DNA from: an uncultured Thermotogae bacterium
Lineage (GTDB): Bacteria; Bipolaricaulota; Bipolaricaulia; RBG-16-55-9; JANLFV01
Reading direction: 5' to 3'
Assembly (NCBI GenBank): GCA_964501855.1
Contig: CAZCTZ010000003.1
Coordinates: 1 to 36,040 of the forward strand
Length of the DNA: 36,040 nt
Numbering within the stretch: the first letter of the stretch is position 1; the number at the start of each line of letters is the position of its first letter. The translations under genes were made by a program, and so were the position numbers. Below the pieces are notes generated by a model, which worked only from the letters and a program-made list of their open reading frames with translations, searched no databases and had not been told where the DNA came from. Below, one piece after another: positions 7,402 to 15,727 of this stretch.

Positions 7402-7869
7402 ATGGCAGGGGAAGGATGCATCTTCTGCCGGATCGCCCGCGGGGAGGCCCCCGCACAGATCATCTGGGAGGATGAGCAGACGATGGCCTTCCTCGACATC
7501 GCGCCGGTGGCCCGGGGGCACACCCTCGTCATCCCCAGGAGGCACTACCGGGATCTGATGAGCGTCCCGGATGAGGAGCTCGCGGCGGTGATGGCCACGG
7601 CCAAGCGGGTCGCACGTGCGCTGATGGAGGGCCTCGGGGCCACGGGGGTGAACGTCCTCCATGCGAGCGGCGTAGCCGCAGGCCAGAGCGTCTTCCACTT
7701 CCACCTGCACCTCATCCCACGCCGCGAGGGCGATGGCCTCGACCCCTGGCCTGAGGAGGGCTACCAGGGCCGGGAGCGGGAACGGGAACAGGAGGACGAC
7801 CCCGAGGAGGTCTGCAAGCGGATCAGAGTGGCCCTGGCCCTGCAAGGCCCTAAACGTTATCTAAACTAA
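7402..7869 (+). CDS. HIT (histidine triad) family nucleotide hydrolase
   Basis: It has the CIFCRI N-terminus and the histidine triad HFHLHLIP. The C-terminal extension is acidic and rich in RE repeats. Confidence 0.85.
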   Translation: MAGEGCIFCRIARGEAPAQIIWEDEQTMAFLDIAPVARGHTLVIPRRHYRDLMSVPDEELAAVMATAKRVARALMEGLGATGVNVLHASGVAAGQSVFHFHLHLIPRREGDGLDPWPEEGYQGREREREQEDDPEEVCKRIRVALALQGPKRYLN

Positions 7870-7908
7870 GATAACCGAGCCTAATCCGCCTCCCCATCCG
7901 GGGCGGGG

Positions 7909-8468
7909 CTATCCCGGCAGCCGGGAGAAGTGGCCGTGGATGATCTTCTATTCCCCTTCCTTCTTGAGGAAGATCAAGGTGACCCGGCTTTCGCTCCGCT
8001 CGCCCCCGATCTCCTCCTCCCGGAGTGAGACGGTGTAGGCCACCTCCGGTGAGAGCAGGTGCACCTGGGTGTCGTAGAACCGCATCTTCCAGCCAGGCGG
8101 GAGGTCGAAGGCCGCCTCCCAGTAGGGGGCGAAGCCCTCCGCTGAGCTCCACCCCCCATGGAGTGTCATGAGCAGGGGCGGTTTTCTCCTTCCTCCTCGT
8201 CTTCGGCGGGGCACCAGGAGCTCCGGCTTGGCCTGTGCTTGTGCGGCCCCTTGCTGCTGCCTGCTCACCTCCACGATCTTACGGAACTCCGGACGGTCCC
8301 GGATGGGCTCCAGGTTCCAGGTCCGGACCGTCGAGGAGCCAATGCTCGCCCCACCAATGCCCCTTCTCGAGCGCTCTCAGTAGAACATGTAATGCTTCTT
8401 CCGCCTCTCCCAGACGGCACTTGAGCAGGCGATCCTCGCTGCTGCTTCCGAGGGCGCTTTATGGGCAC
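7909..8468 (-). pseudogene. Decayed gene: TPR-like C-terminal segment plus SnoaL/DUF4440-like domain, with a frameshift and an in-frame TAG
   Basis: The protein-like text is split over frames. One frame reads ...EAEEALHVLLRALEKGHWWGEHWLLDGPDLEP. At 8305-8320 an imperfect 7-nt duplication (CTGGAAC CTGGAGC) shifts the frame to ...LEPIRDRPEFRKIV.... That frame continues to ...RVTLIFLKKEGE-TAG-KIIHGHFSRLPG*. The TAG at 7948-7950 sits where this fold normally has the Trp of G-x-W-K-I. Confidence 0.45.
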
Positions 8469-8551
8469 GCTCGTTCCCCTTTGTTATTTTAGAATTAAGG
8501 AGAGTGCGGAAATTTCGAGCGAGTTGCACTCGGGGATTTAAAACAAAAATT

Positions 8552-8627
8552 TGGTGCCGAGGGGCGGACTCGAACCGCCGACACCGGGATTTTCAGTCCC
8601 GTGCTCTACCACCTGAGCTACCTCGGC
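8552..8627 (-). tRNA. tRNA-Phe (GAA), CCA encoded
   Basis: The reverse complement is GCCGAGGTAGCTCAGGTGGTAGAGCACGGGACTGAAAATCCCGGTGTCGGCGGTTCGAGTCCGCCCCTCGGCACCA. It folds as a cloverleaf with anticodon loop CTGAAAA. Confidence 0.9.
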
Positions 8628-8633
8628 AACCCC

Positions 8634-8710
8634 TGGCGGGGACGACCGGATTTGAACCGGCGATCTCCTGGTTGACAGCCAGGCGTCTTAGGCCGCTAGA
8701 CTACGCCCCC
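8634..8710 (-). tRNA. tRNA-Asp (GTC), CCA encoded
   Basis: The reverse complement is GGGGGCGTAGTCTAGCGGCCTAAGACGCCTGGCTGTCAACCAGGAGATCGCCGGTTCAAATCCGGTCGTCCCCGCCA. The acceptor stem is 7 bp with one G-U pair. The anticodon loop is CTGTCAA. Confidence 0.9.
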
Positions 8711-8721
8711 GACCTGCCTGT

Positions 8722-8750
8722 ATTGTAATAGCTAACTTGAAGGATGTCAA
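8722..8750 (-). promoter_or_regulatory. Consensus sigma70-like promoter of the tRNA-Asp/tRNA-Phe unit: TTGACA-17 nt-TACAAT
   Basis: On the minus strand, -35 is at 8750-8745 and -10 at 8727-8722. The -10 ends 11 nt before the tRNA-Asp 5' end. Confidence 0.65.
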
Positions 8751-8785
8751 CCCGCCCGCTGAGACCCGGGCTCTCGCTCCTTCCC

Positions 8786-8815
8786 TTGCCGGGGGCGGGC
8801 ACCAGGGCTTATCAT
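8786..8815 (+). promoter_or_regulatory. Candidate promoter of the nitroreductase-to-ALDH operon: TTGCCG-18 nt-TATCAT
   Basis: -35 is at 8786-8791 and -10 at 8810-8815. The SD GGAGGAGG and ATG 8837 follow. Confidence 0.4.
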
Positions 8816-8836
8816 AGCTGGGAGCGGAGGAGGAAG

Positions 8837-9364
8837 ATGGTATCGGAGAGGGCTCAAACCGTCCTGGAGGCGATCAAGAGCCGCCGGACCGTGCGGGAGT
8901 TCACCTCGGAGCCGGTGAGCGAGGAGGCCCTCCGGGAGATCCTCGAGGCCGGCCGGTGGGCCCCCTCAGGTAAGAACACCCAGCCGTGGCGGTTCATCGT
9001 GGTAAAGGATGGAAAGCGCCGCGCGGAGCTGGCCCGGCTCACCTCCCAGGAGGAGATGATCAGGTCGGCGCCGGTGTGCATCGCGGTGCTGCTTGACCAT
9101 AAGGCGGGCTACAACCGCGACAAGGATATGCAGGGCATCGGGGCCTGTGTCCAGAACATGTGCCTCGCAGCCCACGCTCTGGGACTGGGGGCCTGCTGGG
9201 TCGGGGGCATCACCGGCCGCCGAGCGGAAGCAGAGAGACTCCTCGGGGTCGGAGACGACCAGGAATTGGTCCTGCTGCTCGTCATCGGCCATCCCCGGCC
9301 GGGTGCGAGGGAGCGCACCTCCACCCGGCTGCCCCTGGAGGAACTGCTAGTGCAGGAGCTCTAA
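8837..9364 (+). CDS. Nitroreductase family protein
   Basis: It has the family motifs [15 protein letters not shown]...[24 protein letters not shown] 8837 is preferred over the track start at 8744 because of the SD, and because the tRNA promoter lies at 8745-8750. Confidence 0.85.
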   Translation: MVSERAQTVLEAIKSRRTVREFTSEPVSEEALREILEAGRWAPSGKNTQPWRFIVVKDGKRRAELARLTSQEEMIRSAPVCIAVLLDHKAGYNRDKDMQGIGACVQNMCLAAHALGLGACWVGGITGRRAEAERLLGVGDDQELVLLLVIGHPRPGARERTSTRLPLEELLVQEL

Positions 9365-9369
9365 CTGAG

Positions 9370-9648
9370 ATGAGGAAGCGAGCGCACCTTTTCATCTCCG
9401 GTCGGGTTCAGGGGGTCTTCTACCGGGCGAACACCCAGGAGCGGGCGCGGCGGCTGGGCCTCACCGGCTGGGTGCGGAACCTGCCCGACGGCCGGGTCGA
9501 GGCGGTCGTCGAGGGCGAGGAGGAGAGGATCCGAGAGCTGATCAACTGGTGCCATGAGGGGCCTCCGGGGGCCCGGGTCGAGGACGTCGAGGTCCACTGG
9601 GAGGACTACCGCGGCGAGTTCGACGACTTCGAGATCAGGTATTACTAG
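9370..9648 (+). CDS. acyP: Acylphosphatase
   Basis: It has the signature [41 protein letters not shown]. It is 92 aa, starting at the internal ATG 9370 of the longer track ORF. Confidence 0.9.
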   Translation: MRKRAHLFISGRVQGVFYRANTQERARRLGLTGWVRNLPDGRVEAVVEGEEERIRELINWCHEGPPGARVEDVEVHWEDYRGEFDDFEIRYY

Positions 9649-9655
9649 AAACTAG

Positions 9656-11572
9656 ATGGACGCCCAAGCTCAAGCCAAAGCCAAAGCTAAACCCCAGGCC
9701 AAGGCCAGCTTAGCCGAGCTCAAGCGGAAGGTGGAGCTCCTCCCCGCCAGCCCGGGGGTCTACCTCTTCCGGGACGCCCGCGGCGAGGTGATCTACGTCG
9801 GGAAGGCCGCCTCGCTCCGCGAGCGGGTCCGCTCCTACTTCAGCGGTTACCATCAGCAGGCCCAGCCCAAGGTGGGAGCGCTCCTGGAGAGGCTAGCCGA
9901 CCTGGAATACATCGCCACGGAGACCGAGGTCGAGGCGCTCGTCCTGGAGGAGAGCCTCATCAAGAGCTATCGCCCCCACTTCAACGTCCGCCTCAAGGAC
10001 GATAAGCGCTTCCCCTACCTTGCGGTCACGCTCCAGGAGCCCTTCCCCCGGCTGAGGCTTGCCCGCCGGCCCGCCCAAGACGGCGCGCGTTACTTCGGCC
10101 CCTACACCAACTTGAAGCTCATCCGGGAGCACCTGAACGAGCTGCGGCGGATCTTCCCCCTGCGGACCTGCAACGATCCCCTCGATGGGAGGAGGCCGAC
10201 CCGCCGGCGGCCCTGCCTCGACCACTCCCTCAAGCAGTGCCTGGCCCCCTGCGTGGGCGGGGTCTCCCAAGAGGAATATCGCCAGGTAGCTCAGGAGCTC
10301 TGCCGGTTCCTCGAGGGCCGCCGTGCCGACCTGCTTGGGGCCCTGAGAAGGGAGATGGAGGAGGCCGCCGCCAAGCTGGAGTTCGAGCGAGCGGCCAGGC
10401 TGCGCGACCGCCTCAAGGCCCTCGAGGGCCTGGTCCAGCTCGGGCTCAGGAGCCGCTCGCTTGGCTCTGTCGCCACCGCTGCTGAGGAGGCCGAACGGGA
10501 TGTGATCGGGCTGGCCCGCACCCAGGGGCTCTGCGCGGTCCAGGTCTTCTTCGTGCGGGAGGGCCGGGTGAAGGGCCGCGAACGGTTCCTCCTCGAGGTC
10601 CCGGCTGACACGCCGACTGAGGAGGCCCTCGCGGCCTTCCTCAGGGGGTTCTACAGCGAGGCCGAGGCCATCCCCCGGGAGGTCCTCCTGCCCCACCCGC
10701 TCGAGGATGAGGAGGCGAGGCTGCTCAAGCGCTGGCTGGAGGAGCGCCGCGGAGCCGGAGCTAAGGTCAAGCTCCACCTCCCCAAGCGGGGGTCCAAAGC
10801 GAGGCTGGTGCGGCTAGCCACCCACAATGCCGAGCTGACCCTCCTGGAGGAGCACCTCCGCGAGGAGAAGAGGAAGGCAGTGGCTGCCATCCTGGAAGAG
10901 TTGCGGCAGCTCCTCGGGCTGGAGCGGCTCCCCCGGCGGATCGAGGGCTACGACATCTCCGTCCTGCAGGGGGCTGAGGCCGTCGGTGCGCTGGTCGTCT
11001 TCGAGGATGGGCTGGCGAAGCGCTCGGATTACCGGCGGTTCAAGATCGAGCAGGTCCGCGGGGTCGACGACTACGCCATGCTGCGCGAGGTGCTGGAGCG
11101 GCGGATCGCCCACCTGGGTGAGCTGCCGAAGCCGGATTTGATCCTGATCGACGGCGGACGGGGCCACCTCAGCGCGGCCCGCAGGGCGCTGGAAGGGGCC
11201 GGCGGGGGCTGGGAGGGGGTCCCCCTGGCGGCGCTGGCCAAGCACAAGCAGGAGGAGAGGGTCTACCTCGAAGGGCGCCCGGAGCCGCTCACCTTGGGGG
11301 AGGGGGGCGCGCTCCACCTCCTGCAGCGGGTCCGGGATGAGGCCCACCGCTTCGCCGTCCAGTATCATCGGCTGCGGCGGAAGCGAAGGACGCTCAGCTC
11401 CGCGCTCGATGAGGTCCCCGGGATCGGCCCGAAGCGCAAGCAGCTCCTCCTGCGGCACTTCGGCTCGCTCGAGCGCCTCCGCGCCGCCTCCCTAGAGGAG
11501 CTCGCCCGGGTGCCGGGATTGCCTCGCTCCGTGGCCACCCGAGTCTATGAGAAGCTCCATGAGGAGGGATAG
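9656..11572 (+). CDS. uvrC: Excinuclease ABC subunit C
   Basis: It has the GIY-YIG N-terminus (PGVYLFRD..GEVIYVGKA) and the UVR motif (FERAARLRDRLKAL). It also has an Endo V-like domain and a C-terminal (HhH)2 (VPGIGPKRKQLLLRHFGS). Confidence 0.95.
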   Translation: MDAQAQAKAKAKPQAKASLAELKRKVELLPASPGVYLFRDARGEVIYVGKAASLRERVRSYFSGYHQQAQPKVGALLERLADLEYIATETEVEALVLEESLIKSYRPHFNVRLKDDKRFPYLAVTLQEPFPRLRLARRPAQDGARYFGPYTNLKLIREHLNELRRIFPLRTCNDPLDGRRPTRRRPCLDHSLKQCLAPCVGGVSQEEYRQVAQELCRFLEGRRADLLGALRREMEEAAAKLEFERAARLRDRLKALEGLVQLGLRSRSLGSVATAAEEAERDVIGLARTQGLCAVQVFFVREGRVKGRERFLLEVPADTPTEEALAAFLRGFYSEAEAIPREVLLPHPLEDEEARLLKRWLEERRGAGAKVKLHLPKRGSKARLVRLATHNAELTLLEEHLREEKRKAVAAILEELRQLLGLERLPRRIEGYDISVLQGAEAVGALVVFEDGLAKRSDYRRFKIEQVRGVDDYAMLREVLERRIAHLGELPKPDLILIDGGRGHLSAARRALEGAGGGWEGVPLAALAKHKQEERVYLEGRPEPLTLGEGGALHLLQRVRDEAHRFAVQYHRLRRKRRTLSSALDEVPGIGPKRKQLLLRHFGSLERLRAASLEELARVPGLPRSVATRVYEKLHEEG

Positions 11573-11575
11573 TAG

Positions 11576-12493
11576 GTGAAGGCGATCATCCTCGCCGGCG
11601 GCTATGCCCGTCGGCTCTGGCCGATCACCCGCGAGCGGCCGAAGCCGCTCCTGCCGGTAGCGGGCCGGCCGATCATCGAATACGTCTTGGAGAGGCTCCC
11701 CGAGGAGCTCGGCCCGCCGATCATCTCGATCAACCGCCGCTTCGCCGAGGAGTTCGAGCGCTGGCGCCGAGGTCACCCTCGTGAGGTGGAGCTGGTGGTC
11801 GAGGAGACCCACTCCGAGGAGGAGAAGCTCGGCGCGGTCGGGGCTCTGGCCTTCCTGATCGAGGAGCTCAACCTTAAGGAGGACCTCCTCATCCTCGGCG
11901 GGGACAACATCTTCGAGTTCGACCTGAAAGAGTTCCTCAAGGCTTACCGCGGCCGGCCCCTGATCGCCCTTCATGACCTCGGCGACCCCGAGCGGGTCCG
12001 CTCGCGCTACGGCGTGGCAGAAGTTTGTGACGGCCGGATAGTCGAATTCCAGGAGAAGCCCGGAGAGCCCCGCTCGACCCTGGTGAGCACCGCTTGCTAC
12101 CTCTACCCCGCTCGGGTCCTCCCGCTGGTGGGGGAGTTCCTCGCGCAGGCCCAGCAAGGGAAGGACGCGCCAGGCTACTTCAACGAGTGGTTGCTCACCC
12201 GGAAGCGCGAGCCCCTGGAGGCGTTCATCTTCCGAGAGGGCTGGTTCGATATCGGCGATCGGGCCTCCTACATCGAGGCGAACGCTCGCTATCTTGACGG
12301 CCGGGAGCTCTGGACTGGCGAGCAGGTCGTGATCGAGCGCTCCCAGGTGCGCCGCTCGGTGATCTTCGATCGAGTGCGGATCGAGGATTCGCTCATCGAG
12401 GACTGCGTGATCGACAGCGACGTGGAGCTTAAGGGAGTGGAACTCCGCCGGGCGCTCATCGGCCGGGGGACCAACATCAGGGGGGAGCGATGA
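11576..12493 (+). CDS. Sugar-phosphate nucleotidyltransferase (NDP-sugar pyrophosphorylase) with a C-terminal left-handed beta-helix-like tail
   Basis: It has a GTG start. The N-terminus is KAIILAGGYARRLWPITRERPKPLLPVAG (G-x-G-x-R-L signature). The sugar specificity cannot be called. Confidence 0.8.
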   Translation: MKAIILAGGYARRLWPITRERPKPLLPVAGRPIIEYVLERLPEELGPPIISINRRFAEEFERWRRGHPREVELVVEETHSEEEKLGAVGALAFLIEELNLKEDLLILGGDNIFEFDLKEFLKAYRGRPLIALHDLGDPERVRSRYGVAEVCDGRIVEFQEKPGEPRSTLVSTACYLYPARVLPLVGEFLAQAQQGKDAPGYFNEWLLTRKREPLEAFIFREGWFDIGDRASYIEANARYLDGRELWTGEQVVIERSQVRRSVIFDRVRIEDSLIEDCVIDSDVELKGVELRRALIGRGTNIRGER

Positions 12494-12741
12494 AGCTCCT
12501 GCTGCTCACCCCTGAGGGGACGCTCTTCGAGGGCGAGGTGAGGATGGTGATCGTCAAGGGGACCGAGGGCGAGCTAGGGATCCTCCCGGGGCACGCCCCG
12601 CTGATCAGCAGGCTCCTTCCCGGCCCAGTCCGGGTGAAGCTCCCCCAGGGGAACGAGCGGGAGTTCCAGCTCGCCGGTGGGCTCCTCCAGGTGAGCCCCG
12701 AGCGGGTGCTCATCCTCGCTGAACCTTCCGGGTCCCCTTGA
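12490..12741 (+). CDS. F-type ATP synthase epsilon-subunit N-terminal beta-sandwich domain only (AtpC-like, 83 aa)
   Basis: LTPEGTLFEGEVRMVIVKGTEGELGILPGHAPLISRLLPGPVRV...LAGGLLQVSPERVLILAE aligns by eye to E. coli AtpC residues about 6-85. The C-terminal helical hairpin is missing. The start overlaps the upstream stop (ATGA). Confidence 0.75.
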   Translation: MKLLLLTPEGTLFEGEVRMVIVKGTEGELGILPGHAPLISRLLPGPVRVKLPQGNEREFQLAGGLLQVSPERVLILAEPSGSP

Positions 12742-12775
12742 TCGCTTGGCAACCTCCTGCTCTACTCAACTCAAA

Positions 12776-14221
12776 ATGGAGTTTCAAACCAAGCTACTGA
12801 TCGACGGTGAGTGGGTCGAGACCGCCGACAAGCTGGAGGTGCGCAATCCCTATAATCAGGAGCTTCTAGCGGAGGTCTCCCAAGCCGGGGAGGTGGAGGT
12901 CGAGCGGGCGCTTGCCGCGGCAGAGCGGGCCTTCCGCGAGCACAAGATGCCGGCTCATGAGCGGGGTGGGCTCCTCCGGCGGGCCTCGGGGTTGCTCGAG
13001 GAGCGGAAGGAAGAGTTCGCTAGAGCTATCGCCCTGGAGGCGGCCAAGCCCTGGCGCTACGCCCTCGGTGAGGCCTCCCGCGCCGTGGAGACCCTCAAGT
13101 TCGCCGCGATCGAAGCCGAAAGGTTGCACGGGGAGACGGTCCCGATGGACGCCGCCCGCGGCTCCGAGCACCGCCGGGGACTTTTCATCCGCCAGCCCTT
13201 GGGCGTGATCGTCGCCATCTCGCCGTTCAACTTCCCGTTGAACCTGGTCGCGCACAAGGTCGCACCGGCGATCGCCGCGGGGAACGCGGTGGTGTTGAAA
13301 CCGGCCTCGGCGACGCCGCTCACCGCCTTGAAGTTGGGCGAGCTGCTCATGGAGGCGGGCCTCCCACCTGGTTTCTTGAACATCCTTGTCGGGCCGGGCT
13401 CGACCGTCGGTGAGAAGCTCTTAAAGGACAAGCGGGTGCGGATGGTGACCTTCACGGGGAGCGCACCCGTCGGCGAGCGGATCAAGCGCGAATCGGGGAT
13501 CAAGAAGCTGACCCTGGAGCTGGGCTCGAACTCCGGCGCGATCGTCGCCGAGGACGCCGACCTCGAGCAGGCCCTGGAGAAGTGCATCGTGGGCGGGTTC
13601 GCCTACTCCGGCCAGGTCTGCATCCACACCCAGCGGATCTACGTGCATGACTCCATCAAGGAGAAGTTCACCCAGGAGTTCGTCGCTCGCGCCCAAAAGT
13701 TGAGAAGGGGCGACCCGCTCGACCCAGCGACGGAGATCGGCCCGCTGATCGACGAGGCCGGGGCGATCCGCGCTGAGAGCTGGATCGAGGAGGCCGTCAA
13801 AGCCGGTGCGAGGCTCCTCTGCGGCGGGCGGCGCGATGGAAACTTCCTGGAGCCGACGGTCTTGACCGAGGTCGAGCCGGAGATGAAGGTCGTCTGCGAG
13901 GAGACCTTCGCGCCGATCGTCGTGATCGACGGCTTCGCCCACTTCGCGGAGGCGATCGAGAAGTTCAACGAGGGCTCGCGGCTGGGGAGCTACGATTATG
14001 GCCTTGCCTGCGGGGTCTTCACTCGCGATATCAAGAGAGCCTGGCAGGCGATCGAGGGCCTAGAAGTTGGAAATGTCTTTATCAACGATTCCGCGACCTT
14101 CCGCGCTGATCAGATGCCCTACGGCGGGGTGAAGGAGAGCGGACTGGGCCGTGAGGGCCCGCGGTTCGCGGTGGAGGAGATGACCGAGATCAAGATGGTC
14201 TCCTTCAGCTTGGACTTTTAA
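12776..14221 (+). CDS. NAD(P)-dependent aldehyde dehydrogenase
   Basis: It has the general base in LTLELGSNSG and the catalytic Cys in YSGQVCIHTQR. It also has the cofactor motif FTGSAPVGERI. ATG 12776 is chosen over TTG 12746. Confidence 0.85.
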   Translation: MEFQTKLLIDGEWVETADKLEVRNPYNQELLAEVSQAGEVEVERALAAAERAFREHKMPAHERGGLLRRASGLLEERKEEFARAIALEAAKPWRYALGEASRAVETLKFAAIEAERLHGETVPMDAARGSEHRRGLFIRQPLGVIVAISPFNFPLNLVAHKVAPAIAAGNAVVLKPASATPLTALKLGELLMEAGLPPGFLNILVGPGSTVGEKLLKDKRVRMVTFTGSAPVGERIKRESGIKKLTLELGSNSGAIVAEDADLEQALEKCIVGGFAYSGQVCIHTQRIYVHDSIKEKFTQEFVARAQKLRRGDPLDPATEIGPLIDEAGAIRAESWIEEAVKAGARLLCGGRRDGNFLEPTVLTEVEPEMKVVCEETFAPIVVIDGFAHFAEAIEKFNEGSRLGSYDYGLACGVFTRDIKRAWQAIEGLEVGNVFINDSATFRADQMPYGGVKESGLGREGPRFAVEEMTEIKMVSFSLDF

Positions 14222-14230
14222 TCAAACTAA

Positions 14231-15607
14231 CTACGAGCTCGGTCTCGACCTTCCTTGCCCGAGCCCCCTTCTCAGCGCTTCCCAGCGCTTCAGCCGCTCG
14301 GCCACCTCCGCCTCGTAGCCGCTCCCCCTCGGCTGGTAGTATCTCCTGTCCTTCAGCCGCTCGGGGAGGCACTCCATCGGAGCGACCCCCTCGTCGTAGC
14401 TGTGGGCGAACTCATAGCCCTTGCCGTAGCCGAGCTCCCGCATCAGCTTGGTCACGGGGTTCCGCAGGTGCAAGGGGACCGGCTCGTTGCGCGTCCGCTC
14501 CACGTCCTCCAGAGCGGCGTCGAAGGCCTTGTAGACGGAGTTGCTCTTCGGTGCGGTGGCCAGGTAGACGGCCGCCTCAGCTAGGGCCAGCTCGCCCTCA
14601 GGCGAGCCGAGCGCCTCGTAGGCCAGTTTGGCGCTCACCGCCACTTGCAAGGCGTTCGGGTCGGCGAGGCCGATGTCCTCGGTGGCCATCCGGATGAGCC
14701 TCCTTGCGATGTAGAGCGGATCGGCCCCGCCGGCGAGCATCCGCGCCAGCCAGTAGAGCGCCGCATCGGGATCGCTGTTCCTCACGGACTTATGCAGCGC
14801 GGAGATCAGGTTGTAGAACTCCTCGCCGTGCTTGTCGAACCGGGGGAGCTTCCGCTGGGCGGCCTCCTCCACCGCAGCGAGGGTGATCGTCCGACTTCCA
14901 CTTCCGGAAGCCCGCCCCCGGGCCTGGGCCTTGGCCAGGGTCAGCTCCGCGGCCAGCTCGAGGAGGTTGAGCGCCCTTCGGGCGTCGCCGTCGCAGAACT
15001 GGGCGATGAAGTCGGCCGCCTCCGGCGCGAGCTCCACCCCCAGCTCGCCGAGCCCGCGCTCCCCGTCCTCGAGGGCATTCTTCAGGATCAGCTTGATCTC
15101 CTCCTCGCTGAGCGGCTGGAGGGCGAAGACCTGCGAGCGGGAGAGCAGCGGCGGCACCAGCTCCAGGGAGGGGTTCTCGGTCGTCGCCCCCACCAGGACG
15201 ATGCTCCCCTCCTCCAGGAAGGGCAGGAAGACATCCTGCTGGGCCTTGTTGAACCGGTGGATCTCGTCGACGAAGATCACGTCCCGCTTGCCATAGGCGC
15301 GGAACTTCCGCTGGGAGGCCTCCATCGCTCGGCGGATCTCCTTGATCGGCGACAACGCTGCGGAGAAGGCCACGAAGTTGCCCTCGATCCGCCGGGCGAT
15401 GATCCAGCCCAGGGTGGTCTTCCCCGAGCCGGGCGGTCCCCACAGGATCAGCGAGCGCAGCTCGCCGGACTCGATCAATCGGCGCAACGCACGCCCCGGC
15501 CCGACCAGCTCCTCCTGGCCGATGAACTCCTCCAGCGAGCGCGGCCGCATCCGCTCAGCGAGCGGCTGGCGCGCCCGCCCGGAGCTCTTCGAGAAGAGAT
15601 CGCCCAT
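14231..15607 (-). CDS. rarA: Replication-associated recombination protein A (AAA+ ATPase)
   Basis: It has RPRSLEEFIGQEELVG and the Walker A motif GPPGSGKTT. It also has the Walker B motif VIFVDEIHRFNK and the C-terminal MgsA motifs HYNLISALHKSVRNSDPDAALYWLARML. Confidence 0.9.
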   Translation of the reverse strand: MGDLFSKSSGRARQPLAERMRPRSLEEFIGQEELVGPGRALRRLIESGELRSLILWGPPGSGKTTLGWIIARRIEGNFVAFSAALSPIKEIRRAMEASQRKFRAYGKRDVIFVDEIHRFNKAQQDVFLPFLEEGSIVLVGATTENPSLELVPPLLSRSQVFALQPLSEEEIKLILKNALEDGERGLGELGVELAPEAADFIAQFCDGDARRALNLLELAAELTLAKAQARGRASGSGSRTITLAAVEEAAQRKLPRFDKHGEEFYNLISALHKSVRNSDPDAALYWLARMLAGGADPLYIARRLIRMATEDIGLADPNALQVAVSAKLAYEALGSPEGELALAEAAVYLATAPKSNSVYKAFDAALEDVERTRNEPVPLHLRNPVTKLMRELGYGKGYEFAHSYDEGVAPMECLPERLKDRRYYQPRGSGYEAEVAERLKRWEALRRGLGQGRSRPSS

Positions 15608-15727
15608 CTCATGACCATTCTAGCCCCGAAGGATCGGTATCGCAAGCGGCTAGCTCGCCACCAGTCGCTCCAGGCTCACCTGGTGAGACCAGGCCCAGCT
15701 TTTGATATTCTATGGGAGGTGATAGAG

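Noticed and set aside
8504-8728. A 74-aa plus-strand ORF (MRKFRASCTRGFKTKIW...).
   Set aside because: It is the antisense translation of tRNA-Phe and tRNA-Asp, which fold as canonical cloverleaves on the minus strand.
15675-15711. The palindrome CTCACC-T-GGTGAG, and a TGaTATTCT extended -10-like string upstream of the lipoprotein gene.
   Set aside because: The -10-like hexamer ends only 2 nt before the SD. A TSS at normal spacing would fall inside or after the SD, so it is not a coherent promoter. The palindrome alone is too short to interpret.
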